From positions 224,001 to 288,000 of the forward strand of contig OZ253462.1 in NCBI GenBank assembly GCA_965261395.1: a DNA stretch of 64,000 nt. Direction: 5' to 3'. The DNA is from Candidatus Latescibacterota bacterium. Its GTDB lineage: Bacteria > Latescibacterota > UBA2968 > UBA8231. The notes below the pieces were generated by a model. The model was not told the origin of the DNA. It saw nothing but the letters and a program-made list of their open reading frames with translations, and ran no database searches. Below are positions 1 through 10,000 of the stretch, piece by piece; position 1 is the first letter of the stretch; each line of letters opens with the position of its first letter. The translations under genes and the position numbers were made by a program.

Positions 1-5
1 TCTTT

Positions 6-653
6 TTGGTGCTGTCTTGCACCACCTTTATGAACTCCTTTTTTCTCGACGGGGTCGTCGATATGGGGCCGTACTTTACCGCCCTGCCCTTCCTGCTGAT
101 CCCCTTCGTCCCAGCCATTACCATGCGGGCCTGGGCCGAAGAGCGTGCCCAGCACACCTTCGAGCTGCTGATGACCCTGCCGCTGCACTCCTTGCAGGTT
201 GTGCTGGGCAAGTATCTGGCGACCCTCTGTTTCTACGCGATCGTCCTCGCCGGTAGTCTGCCCATCGTGCTGATGCTCCTCTTCCTCGGCGATCCTGACC
301 TCGGGCGCATCTGCGCCAGCTATCTCGGCGCACTGCTGTTGGGTGCTTTCTTTCTGTCCTTCGGCCTGTTTGCCTCTGGCCTGACCCGCGACCAGATCGT
401 CGCCTTTGTGCTCTCCGCGCTCCTCGGCTTCTTCTTCGTGCTCAGCGGGCACGAGAAAGTCGTCGAGGTCCTCGACGGACTAGCTCCGGCCTATCAGCCG
501 GGCACTTGGCTGTATGAGACCATATCGGTCCTGCCCCACTACGAGGCTTTTGGCCACGGCGTAATCGCCCTCACCGACCTGTTGTACTTCGCGTTGATGA
601 GCGGCTTTTTCGTCTCGATGAACTATCTCAGCCTCCAGAGATCCAAGTATTGA
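6..653 (+). CDS. ABC-2 type transporter permease, GldF-like (probably 5'-truncated by the window edge)
   Basis: Hydrophobic multi-TM protein with the motifs 'FVPAITMRAWAEER...TFELLMTLPL...VVLGKYLA' and 'SGLTRDQIVAF', typical of GldF/ABC-2 permeases. Confidence 0.85.
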   Translation: MVLSCTTFMNSFFLDGVVDMGPYFTALPFLLIPFVPAITMRAWAEERAQHTFELLMTLPLHSLQVVLGKYLATLCFYAIVLAGSLPIVLMLLFLGDPDLGRICASYLGALLLGAFFLSFGLFASGLTRDQIVAFVLSALLGFFFVLSGHEKVVEVLDGLAPAYQPGTWLYETISVLPHYEAFGHGVIALTDLLYFALMSGFFVSMNYLSLQRSKY

Positions 654-3600
654 AGCGGCACTTCTTGCTCCAAATTGCGCTGGCTTTCGCGCTGCTGTTG
701 GGCATCGTCGCTTACGCCGGCCGCTTCCTGCACCTGACGGGGAGTTGGACCCTAGATCTAGCCGGAGACGACATCGCCACGCTCGCGCCGGCGACCGAGC
801 ACTACCTCCGCTCCTTAGACACCCCGCTCTCCATCACCTACTTTGCCACCGCCCGCGAAAACATGCCGGCGCATCTCAAAGAACTCGAACCCCAAGTTCG
901 CCAGCTCCTGTCGGCGCTGCGCGAGCGCGCACCCGACCGCATCGACTATCGAGTCATTGACCCGGACCAAAGCGGGCGCGCTGGCATCGGCTATGCAGCG
1001 AGCAAAAAGGCCTCCTCCTTCAGTGTGCGGCGGGTGTTACACGACGAGCATTCCGAGCAGAAAATCTGGTCCTCGCTGGTCATCGCGCGCGCCAACGCAC
1101 CCGCAGTGCTCGTCCAAAGCATTGAGCCAGAGCACCTGCCTTATCTAGAAGAGTACGTCATCGCCCAACTGCAGGCCGGGCGCGCGCCACCGCAACCCAC
1201 CATTGGCGTCTCGGCACCACCGCCCTTCCAGCTTTTGGCGGCCTTTCTCAACGAGGCCGGGCCGGTCGTCGAGCTCGATCTCAACAGCGACCCTACCATC
1301 CCCCCGGAAATCGACGTGCTGTTCTGGATCCAGCCTGCGGTCGCCACGCCCGAGCACGTGCGGCAGTTGCTGGCCTTCCTAGCATCCGGCCGCAGTGCAG
1401 TGCTCGCCGGCAGCTCCTACCAGATCGGCTACTCCCCAGCGGAGGGCGCCATCTCCTATTGGGTACACCACGCGCCGCCTGCTTGGGCGCAACTGCTCCA
1501 GCCCTTTGGCATCCGACCAGTGCCGGACCTGCTGGTCGATAAAAACACCGGGCCGGTCGCCCTCGACATGGGCGAAGTCGTCGCGCCCTTTCACCTCCGG
1601 GTGCTGCCTGCTTTTTACAATATGAAGAGCTTTGCCGCGCCAGGCCGCGGCGGGCTTAATTTCGTCGCCGCTAGCGCGCTCGAAGTCGATCCGCAGGCCG
1701 TACAAGCCAAGGGCTTCCACGCGGAAATCGTCGGCACCACTACCGAAAGCCCCCGCGTCCTGCCCCTGCCCGCAGACCCCTTCACCGACGCCGATTTAAC
1801 CGGCGGCCTGCCCGTGCCCAAACAAAATTTGCTGGTCCTGCTCAAGCCGGACGACCCTTGGCAGGGGCAGCTATTCGTCTTGGCCAGCGCGTCACCCTTC
1901 CAAGACGGCATCATCAACCAGCCCGGCTATGCCCACCGCGTCTTCCTGAAAAACCTCATCCGCACCTACGGCCAACCGGAGCGCGTATTGCGGGGGCGCG
2001 TGGAAAAGGGCGGGGCACAACGGCTCGTTCTACCCGGCGCACTCGCCCGTTTCTTTTGGCGGTTCTTTGCGGTCTTTTTGGTACCGCTGGGATTCGTGGG
2101 CCTCGGCGTTAGGCACTACCTCCGCCACAGCCGCCTGAGCTGGCCGGCCGGCCGTTGGGGCCGACAGCTCGGCCTCGCCTGCTTGGTGCTCTTCGTTGGT
2201 GCGCTCGTCTGGCGCGGCCGCGGCCCCTATCTCGACCTGACGGCCGACCAGCTCAACACGCCCTCGCCGCTTTTGGGCCGCTTGTTGCAGGGCACGTCCC
2301 TAGCCGCCGAGTTGATCGCCACCCACCGGGCCTCCATGCCCCGGCAGCTCAAAGACGCCGAAGACCGCATCCGCACCTTGCTCGCCGACTGCAACATTCC
2401 CCTGCGCGTGATCCGGCCCGACGCGCTGACCCCCGACCAGCGGCAGGCACTCGCCGCCGAGGGGCTGGTGCCCTTTCCAGCCGAACGAGTCCTCAACGAT
2501 ACCCTCGCCACCCAATACGTATGGAGCAGCCTACGTCTGCTGGGCAACGCGCACACCATCGCCGTGCCGCGCCTCGACCAGCGCACGCTGCACCACCTCG
2601 AATTCCTCTTGGCCGCGGCCTCCCACAGCCTGCAACAGGGGCGCAAAATGCGCGTGGCTGTCATCTCCGACTTGCCGCGCCTCTCGCCGGCCGAAGCGCT
2701 CGAAGACTACCAGAAGAAGGGCCTCATCGCCCCAGGCGGCACCGACGTGTACAGCGACTTGAAAGCCCTGCTCGCCGACTATCTCTACGATGTCCACTAC
2801 ATCAATCCCCGCACGCCGAGCATCCCCGCAGACGTAGATGTCTTGTTGTGGATGCAGCCGCGCCGCGACTCGGGTCCAATCTTACTTCTACTGAGTCAGC
2901 ATCTAGCGCGGGGGGGCAAGGCCATTGTCGCCATGCAGCACTTCAACATCCAGCAGCGCCAGTACCGCGGCTCGGGGTTTCAGACGGTGTACTGGCCTCA
3001 GCCCCAATTCCAAGACCTCGACCGCTACCTCCAGCTCTTTGGCGTCGAACAACTCCGCGAAGTGCTCTTCGACCGCACCCAGTCGCACCTCGACCTAGAG
3101 ACCCAAGTCAACCGCACGGCCGTGCGCGAGTACGACCCGCAAAAGGTCGCCTTGCCGTTCTTGATCCGCGCCGTCGGCCAGCACTACGACCGCACCTCGC
3201 CGATCACCCGGCACCTCGGCGACCTGCTTTTTATCTGGGGGAATCGCTTTGCCCTGCAACCGGCAGAGCTAAGTAGTGCGGGAGTAACGGCCCAAACCCT
3301 GATCTCCACCTCGCCCCAAGCCTGGGCGTACCCATGGCAGGGTGGTTGGCTGCCGCCCGAGGTACTCGCTCCGCAGACGTACTTGCCCGGCCCCCAACCC
3401 CTCGTCGCGTTGCTTACCGGGCCTTTTCCCGAGGTCGCCTTTACTGAAAGCGAGGACGGCCGCGCCGTGCTCCAGCGCGTGGGCGAGCGCCCGCAGCAAG
3501 CAGGTGCCCTACTCCTGATCGGCTCTTCGGAGATGTTCAAAAACGAGCACCTGTCGGCTCCGGGCTTTCAGCACGATCAATTCTTGCTCAATGCCGTGGC

Positions 3601-3772
3601 GTACAACGCTTATGGCGCGGAACTAGCCGCCTTACAGGCGCGGCGGCCAACTCTGCGCGGCTTTGCCTTCCAGAGCGCCGAGTCCAAGCGTCTGTGGCGA
3701 GTGGTCGTGGTGGGCGCGGGACCGCTGCTGTTTTTGGCCTACGCCCTCTATCGCCGCGCGAGGCGAACGTGA
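650..3772 (+). CDS. GldG-family / ABC-type uncharacterised transport auxiliary protein with two tandem GldG-like modules
   Basis: 1040 aa. The pattern TM helix, 'DL(A/T)xD' motif, 'IPxxxDVLxWxQP' domain and 'GG/GR-xxAV' occurs twice, followed by a C-terminal TM helix. The start overlaps the GldF-like stop (TTGA). Confidence 0.75.
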   Translation: MKRHFLLQIALAFALLLGIVAYAGRFLHLTGSWTLDLAGDDIATLAPATEHYLRSLDTPLSITYFATARENMPAHLKELEPQVRQLLSALRERAPDRIDYRVIDPDQSGRAGIGYAASKKASSFSVRRVLHDEHSEQKIWSSLVIARANAPAVLVQSIEPEHLPYLEEYVIAQLQAGRAPPQPTIGVSAPPPFQLLAAFLNEAGPVVELDLNSDPTIPPEIDVLFWIQPAVATPEHVRQLLAFLASGRSAVLAGSSYQIGYSPAEGAISYWVHHAPPAWAQLLQPFGIRPVPDLLVDKNTGPVALDMGEVVAPFHLRVLPAFYNMKSFAAPGRGGLNFVAASALEVDPQAVQAKGFHAEIVGTTTESPRVLPLPADPFTDADLTGGLPVPKQNLLVLLKPDDPWQGQLFVLASASPFQDGIINQPGYAHRVFLKNLIRTYGQPERVLRGRVEKGGAQRLVLPGALARFFWRFFAVFLVPLGFVGLGVRHYLRHSRLSWPAGRWGRQLGLACLVLFVGALVWRGRGPYLDLTADQLNTPSPLLGRLLQGTSLAAELIATHRASMPRQLKDAEDRIRTLLADCNIPLRVIRPDALTPDQRQALAAEGLVPFPAERVLNDTLATQYVWSSLRLLGNAHTIAVPRLDQRTLHHLEFLLAAASHSLQQGRKMRVAVISDLPRLSPAEALEDYQKKGLIAPGGTDVYSDLKALLADYLYDVHYINPRTPSIPADVDVLLWMQPRRDSGPILLLLSQHLARGGKAIVAMQHFNIQQRQYRGSGFQTVYWPQPQFQDLDRYLQLFGVEQLREVLFDRTQSHLDLETQVNRTAVREYDPQKVALPFLIRAVGQHYDRTSPITRHLGDLLFIWGNRFALQPAELSSAGVTAQTLISTSPQAWAYPWQGGWLPPEVLAPQTYLPGPQPLVALLTGPFPEVAFTESEDGRAVLQRVGERPQQAGALLLIGSSEMFKNEHLSAPGFQHDQFLLNAVAYNAYGAELAALQARRPTLRGFAFQSAESKRLWRVVVVGAGPLLFLAYALYRRARRT

Positions 3773-4776
3773 TCCGCTTGCTCTGCGCGCTGGGGGCCCT
3801 GCTGGTCCTGTTCGTCCTCGGGGAAAGCTTCCTGCGCGAGCACCAGCGCACTGTGCGCCGCACCGCCGGGGCCTTGCGCCTCTTGACGCCCGAACCGACC
3901 TCAGCAGTCGATCAGATTGAGGTCCATGCCGCCGGACGCCGCTGGCACTACGTCCGGCGCGGGAACACTTGGTATTTCCCAGCCTATCACCGCGTCTTTG
4001 TCCTCAACCGCCGCGTCGAGCACCTGCTCCAGAGCCTGCTCGCTACTCCGGCGACCTTCGTCTCGGCCGAGCCTGGGGACTTGGCCCGCTATGGCCTCGG
4101 CCCGGGTAGCGTCCGCATCGACTTGCTCGACCAACAGGGGCGTCCCTTACTGGAAGTGCGCCAGGGGCGCGGGGCACCCGGGGCGCGCGCGGGGGAATCG
4201 TATGTCCAGCGCGTTGGTGCCGACAGCATCTTCCACCTCCACGCCCACCCCGTCCATGCCCTCGACACCGCGCCGCCCGCTCCGATGCTCGACCGCCGCG
4301 TCCTGCCCCAAGCCTTACAGCGCAAGGGCCTCCGGCGCATTGCCTTCGCCGGCGACCCTACCTACCCGGTGCAATCCCTCAGCCGCCAGCTAAAAGCCAT
4401 GACGGCACCGGGCCCCATGATGCCGACCTACGAATGGATCGTCCTCTCTGCGTCTGGCGTGGAGACCTGCCTTTCCGCGAGTGTAGAAGCCTACGCCGAC
4501 TTCCTCAAACGCCTGACGTGGTCGGCTCTGCACGATCCGGGCCGCACCGATGCCTTTGCCCAAGCCCGCCATCTCTATCTCGAAGACGAAGAGGGCACAA
4601 TAGACACCCTCGCCATTGGCGCGGCCGACGACCGCGGCCGCTACCTCCGCCTCCACACCACCGACCACGTCTTCTCCATAACGCCCGCAAAAGCCCAATT
4701 CCTTTTCCCCACTCGCTCCACCCTCCGCGACACGCTCCCCCAACCCTCGCCCTATCACCAAGCCGAGCCGTTTTAG
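3769..4776 (+). CDS. DUF4340 domain-containing protein
   Basis: GTG start overlaps the upstream TGA. N-terminal TM anchor and 'DLARYGL' motif. Position after GldF/GldG is typical for DUF4340. Confidence 0.65.
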   Translation: MIRLLCALGALLVLFVLGESFLREHQRTVRRTAGALRLLTPEPTSAVDQIEVHAAGRRWHYVRRGNTWYFPAYHRVFVLNRRVEHLLQSLLATPATFVSAEPGDLARYGLGPGSVRIDLLDQQGRPLLEVRQGRGAPGARAGESYVQRVGADSIFHLHAHPVHALDTAPPAPMLDRRVLPQALQRKGLRRIAFAGDPTYPVQSLSRQLKAMTAPGPMMPTYEWIVLSASGVETCLSASVEAYADFLKRLTWSALHDPGRTDAFAQARHLYLEDEEGTIDTLAIGAADDRGRYLRLHTTDHVFSITPAKAQFLFPTRSTLRDTLPQPSPYHQAEPF

Positions 4777-4787
4777 GCCCGCTAGCC

Positions 4788-6293
4788 ATGCTCTACCGCA
4801 ACCTGCTGCGCCACCAATGGAAGGAGTTCATCCGCAACCCCTCTTGGAGTAGCATAAGCGTCGCCTACGCCATTTTTCTAGTTCTGCTAGCGCTGTACTT
4901 CCTGCTCATCCTCGTCCTCGCGGGTGCCTTCATCGGTCATCTGCTAACTAGTCAAGACCCCGCCGCCGATGTCGTCCGCTTAGTCAATCAGCACCTATTG
5001 AACGCTTTCTTGCTCTTGTTCCTAGCCCGCTTGCTCTTCCAAAACACGCCGCAGCTAAAAATTGGTCCCTATCTTCACTTACCCATTTCCCGGCCAGCGC
5101 TAGCGCGATTTTTCTCTTTCGCGGCCCTGTTCCACCTGCACAACCTATTGCCGCTGGCCTTCTTCATCCCGTTCTGGGTCAGCAATCTAGCACTGGATTA
5201 CCCCGCTTTTACATCGCTGTCTTGGTTGGCGGGCATCGTGGCTACTCTCGGTCTGTCCAACTACTTGGTCATCTGCGTCCGCCTAGTCTTGGCCAGACGC
5301 GCTTGGCCAGTCTGGCTCTTGGGCGGTGGGGCCAACGGTCTAATCGCGTTGGATTATTGGCGGCAATAGGGCTATACGGGCGCGCTGTCGAGCGTGGTAT
5401 TCGACTCTTTGCTGGGACCGGACGGTCCTGTGTTGGCACTAGCCCTGCTGGCGGCGACCGGCCTGCTCTTTGGCTGGACCTGTCGCTTGTTAAAGGACCA
5501 TTTGCACGACGAAGCCCCGTCCGAAAAAGGCTCCACTACTGGGGCTCAAAGCCTGCTCGACCGGCTAGCCGGCTTGGGTCCGGTGGGCCAACTGATGGCA
5601 CTAGAAATTAAACTGGCGATCCGCAACAAGCGGCCCCGACAAATCCTGTGGTCTGCCCTGATGTTTGTGCCGTTGGGGTTGATAAATTTCATACTCCTTA
5701 CCCGTGGTTCATCCGACTCTGTTGTGCCCACGACCACCTTAACATTCTACCATATTTTTTGGGGATTCTTCCTCACTAGTGGTTTCGTGATCAACTACGG
5801 CCAATTCATGTTCGGTTGGGAGAGTCTTTATTTTGACGGCCATCTGGCCCGGCCGGTCCATTTCCGCCACCTGCTATGGGCTAAACTATTGCTACTGCAA
5901 ATTTCCTGCCCGGTATTAGCGCTACTATGCCTGCCGTTCTTGCTGGTCTTGGTCCCTGAATTGCTCGTCACGTACAGCGTCGTTTTGCTCTACAATATCG
6001 GTTTTAGCACTGCTTGTATGCTGTTCTTCGCCACCATGAACCGCAAACGCCTCTATATCGCCCCTTCCTCATTTTTTAACCAGCAGGGCACCTCCCTGCA
6101 CCACCTACTAGCCATCATTCCCTTGCTGGCCCCACCCGCGATTGTGATGCTGGCGACCGACTTTGGCCCGTTAGCCCTAGCCGGCGGCATCCTGCTATGC
6201 TGGGCATTTAGTCCTGTTTGGGTCCATTTGTTGTCCTATCGGCTGCAAAAGTGCAAGTACCACATGGCGGCCGGTTTTAGGGGGAGTTCCTGA
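4788..6293 (+). pseudogene. DUF5687-like ABC membrane protein interrupted by an in-frame TAG at 5367-5369
   Basis: ORFs 4788-5369 and 5394-6293 are in the same frame, separated by one stop codon. Motifs 'HQWKEFIRNPSW', 'PYLHLPI', 'LEIKLAIRNKRPR', 'NYGQFMFGWES' and 'KYHMAAGFR' fit a single ~500-aa DUF5687-type protein. Confidence 0.65.
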
Positions 6294-6295
6294 GC

Positions 6296-7003
6296 ATGCA
6301 CCTACAAGTCCAAAATTTGCAAAAGCGCTACGGCTTGGCGACGGTCCTCGACCTGCCCGAACTCGATATCGACAGCGGTGCTAGCTTCGGATTGGTGGGC
6401 AACAACGGCGCTGGCAAGACCACCTTTTTGCGCCTCGTGCTCGATCTGATCCGCCCGAGCAAGGGCCAGGTACTGCTCAACGGGCAAGACGTGGCCCAAG
6501 GCGACGCTTGGAAGGACTGCACGGGATCCTACCTAGGCCCTGCCTTCCTCATCGACTACCTGACGCCCGTAGAATACATCCACTTCGTCGGCAGTCTGTA
6601 CGGCATGAATCCGGTCCAGATAAAAGAAAAATGGGAACACTACCGCTCCTTTTTCGGCGATCAACCGCTCGACGGGAGCGAGTACATTCGCAATTTATCC
6701 GAGGGCAACAAGAAAAAAATGGGGCTTGTCGCAGCCTTGATGGTCGAGCCACGGCTGCTGGTACTAGACGAGCCTTTCGCCAATCTCGACCCGACGAGCC
6801 AAATACGCCTCAAGGACATGCTAAAAGCCGCCGACCAAACCACCGATACTACGCTCATTATCTCCAGCCACGATCTCAACCACATCACCGAGGTCTGCCG
6901 CCGGATTGCCGTCATTGAGCGCGGCGTCATCGTGCGCGATATCCACACGGCCCCGGATACGCTGCGGGAATTGGAACACTACTTTGCCGTCGAGGAAACG
7001 TAA
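6296..7003 (+). CDS. ABC transporter ATP-binding protein
   Basis: Walker A GNNGAGKTT, signature LSEGNKKK, Walker B LLVLDEP, H-loop SSHDL. Confidence 0.95.
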   Translation: MHLQVQNLQKRYGLATVLDLPELDIDSGASFGLVGNNGAGKTTFLRLVLDLIRPSKGQVLLNGQDVAQGDAWKDCTGSYLGPAFLIDYLTPVEYIHFVGSLYGMNPVQIKEKWEHYRSFFGDQPLDGSEYIRNLSEGNKKKMGLVAALMVEPRLLVLDEPFANLDPTSQIRLKDMLKAADQTTDTTLIISSHDLNHITEVCRRIAVIERGVIVRDIHTAPDTLRELEHYFAVEET

Positions 7004-7037
7004 ACGGTTCAGTCGCACTACTTCACCGATAAACAGC

Positions 7038-7068
7038 AAAATGGGACCTCGATTTGAGGTCCCATTTT
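7038..7068. terminator. Bidirectional intrinsic terminator between convergent transcription units
   Basis: Perfect inverted repeat AAAATGGGACCTC-gattt-GAGGTCCCATTTT with T runs on both strands. Confidence 0.8.
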
Positions 7069-7091
7069 ACTAACGCACAGTGTAGTAGTTA

Positions 7092-10000
7092 CTACTTAAG
7101 CAGCAGCATCTTCTTGACTTTGAGGAACTCTCCGCCCGCCTGCAAGCGGTAGAAATACAGCCCCGACGACAAGCTGTGACCGCTGTCGTTGGTCGCGTCC
7201 CACTCCACCGCATAGCGACCCGCGCTCTGGTACTCGGCAACCAGCGTCCGCACCGGCTGACCCACTACGTTATACACGGTCAGTTCCACGTCCGCCGCCT
7301 GCGGCAGCGCATACTGGATCGTCGTCGTTGGGTTGAACGGGTTCGGGAAATTGTCCGCTAGCGCGAATGCGGTCGGCAGCGTCTGGATCACTGCTTTCGC
7401 CGCTCCGGGGTCGCTCATCGTGATCGCTACCTCGTCCCCCTCCAGCCCGTCAATCGTACCGACCAGCCTGATGACCTCGTCGCCCTCCTCCAAGTTGTCG
7501 AATCTTGGGGCGACGTAAAATTTCACTGTCCCTGTTATCGAGCCGGCCGCAATCTCAATCCTAGGAATAAATAGCGCAGCGTAGTCCAAATCGCGCGTCG
7601 CCGTGGACGCTTGGTCAATGACCAAATGCACGGTCGCGTCCTCTGCCAACGCCTCGCCGTCCAACGTGGCGGTCACCGTAATCGTGGTCAAAGGGGCATT
7701 CTCACCTAACGTGTTCGGATCCGCCGACAGCTCGATGGCCGTGCTCGGCGTTTCGTCGTCTCTGATCTTGATATCCGTCGATAGGGTCTCGCCGGTTGAT
7801 ACGAGTGTGGCCCGCACACCCAACGCCTTCAGGCCCTCTTCATCATCGTCGTTGATCGGAGTGATAGTCAGCGTCGCCGTGCCTTCGGTAGCGCCAGCCG
7901 GAATAGTGATAAGCGCCTCTAGTACCGCCGTGTAGTCCACGTCGCGCACTGCCTCCGTCCCTTCGCTTGGAGCCACCAGCGTAAACCGCACGCTCTCGTC
8001 AGCCGCGGCGGCGGCCTCCAAGGTAAACGTTAGCACAACTGCCGTCGCCGCAGCGTCCTCGCGGATCGCCGCCGGCACCGCCGTCAACCCAGCGACCGTA
8101 ACCCTAGGCGCAGGATTGACCGCGATGGTGAAGGTTAGCGTGGCCGTGGCGCTGTTAGCGTCCGTCACCGTGTAGGTGACGGTGAGCGCACTGTCGGTCG
8201 CTGCCGTCGGCGTGCCTCCAAGCGTCCGCGTGGCCGCGTCAAACTCCAAGCCCGCCGGCAACACCGAGACGCTATACATAAGCGGTGCCGTGCCGCCCGA
8301 AGCCGCCGGCAGCACCCAATCGGCAATCGCCGTGCCGACGATGTACGTCTGGTTGTTGATCGAAGCACCTGCTGCGAAGACCGGCACCGTCCCTGCCGCA
8401 GCGATGGTAATGGTAAAGGTCAGCGCGGCTGTGTCGTCGTCGCTGTCTGTCACCGTGTAAGTGACTTCAACCGCACCATCGGACGCTGCCGTCGGTGTAC
8501 CCGCAAGCGTCCGCGTGGCTGCGTCAAACTCCAAACCCGCCGGCAAGGTCGAGACGCTATACGTCAAATCGCCGTCGCCGCCCGAAGCCGCCGGCAGCAC
8601 CCAATCGGCAATCGCCGTCCCAACCACGTACACTTGGTCGGCGATGGCAGCGTCTGCAGCAAAGGTAGGCGCGCCGCCCGCGCCGGTGTCTTGCAGCGTT
8701 ATGTCCACCGTGCCGACCGTCACCTTGACCTCGTCCCCTTCAGCATCTCGGGTGGTGATTTGATTATTGGCGTACGGCACTTTCAGCCTAATTTTCTCGT
8801 CGGCCTCCATTGTCTTGTCGTCAATAGGCGAGATGGTGATCCTCGTCGTCCCCGACACCGCACCGGCCGGAATTATCAGCGGACGTATTGTTGCCGTATA
8901 GTCTATATCGCGCGTCGCCCCAACAACATCGACGACATCGCCGTTAGCGTCCGTATCTTGGGGATCGGGATCAATGGTCAAGAACACGACCACGTTATTG
9001 TCGAATACCTTGCCGTCCAACGTTCCGGTCACCGTAACATCGGTCCTACCAGCCCCTTCGCTTATCGCGGCCGGCTCCGCCGTCAGCGAGATATTCATGC
9101 TATTTGTGTCGTCGTCGGCGAGCACTATGGTTCTAGTCGCCAATACGTCGCCGACCGTAATCTGTATATATATCATCCCCCGCTGAGCCGCATCCGTGTC
9201 GTTGGTGGGGGTGATGGTGAACGTCGTCGTCCCTTCGGTAGCACCGGCCGGAATGGTGAGCGACTCACCAAAAACCAGCGTGTAATCCACATCGCGCAGC
9301 GGAGTGCCCGTCACCGTATCACCAGACGGCAAAACCGCACCCTCCGGCAAAACCGCCAGACTCATCGTCTCGTCCTCGACCGAGGCATCCGTCAAGCTAA
9401 CTTTCACCTCGATTGTCGTCGCACCAGCGTCCTCGCGAATGCTCTCTTGACTGAGTGTAATGGCATCGGCCGTGGCAGCGACCTCTTTCTTTATTTTTAT
9501 ATCCACAGGGTTGATCGTTAGCCCATCATCTGCAATCTGTATCCCCGGGGCGTCGGCATCAAAATCGGGAGACGCCACCCGGATCGTGCCAGGCAACTGG
9601 TTTTGGGGGGTGATGGTAATCGTCGCCGTCCCCGACACCGCATTTCGCGGAATCGTCAGACTCGCCAGCGTCGCCGTGTAGTCCAAGTCGCGCTGCGCCT
9701 CGCGATTGTCCTTGGTCGCATCGTCATCGTCCATATCGCCATCGCCATCAAGATCGGTGTTGGGATCGTCCGCCAAGTCGGGATGATCGCCAATAGTCAA
9801 GGAGAAGCGCCTTGCCTCGCTTAGAACCTTGCCATCCAAGGTTGCCGTCACGGTGATTTCGGTCGCACCTTCAAACCTAGTCAGCTCGGCAACATCCACC
9901 GATAGATTGATGTTTTGGCTGTCCTTGTCGTCGTCAATCAGCCTAAGCGTCGTCGATTCAATCGTCTTACCGCCACCAGCATTGCCGCTGATCACAATGG

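Noticed and set aside
2155-3276. Long alternative-frame and antisense ORFs (e.g. 2155-3276, 27746-28888, 47933-49162)
   Set aside because: They overlap well-supported genes and have the Arg/Pro/Ala-rich composition expected of shadow frames in high-GC DNA.
5367-5369. Genome-wide TAG reassignment or pyrrolysine
   Set aside because: TAG terminates many clearly complete genes here (e.g. 25100, 27193 and the array genes), and no pyl genes are seen.
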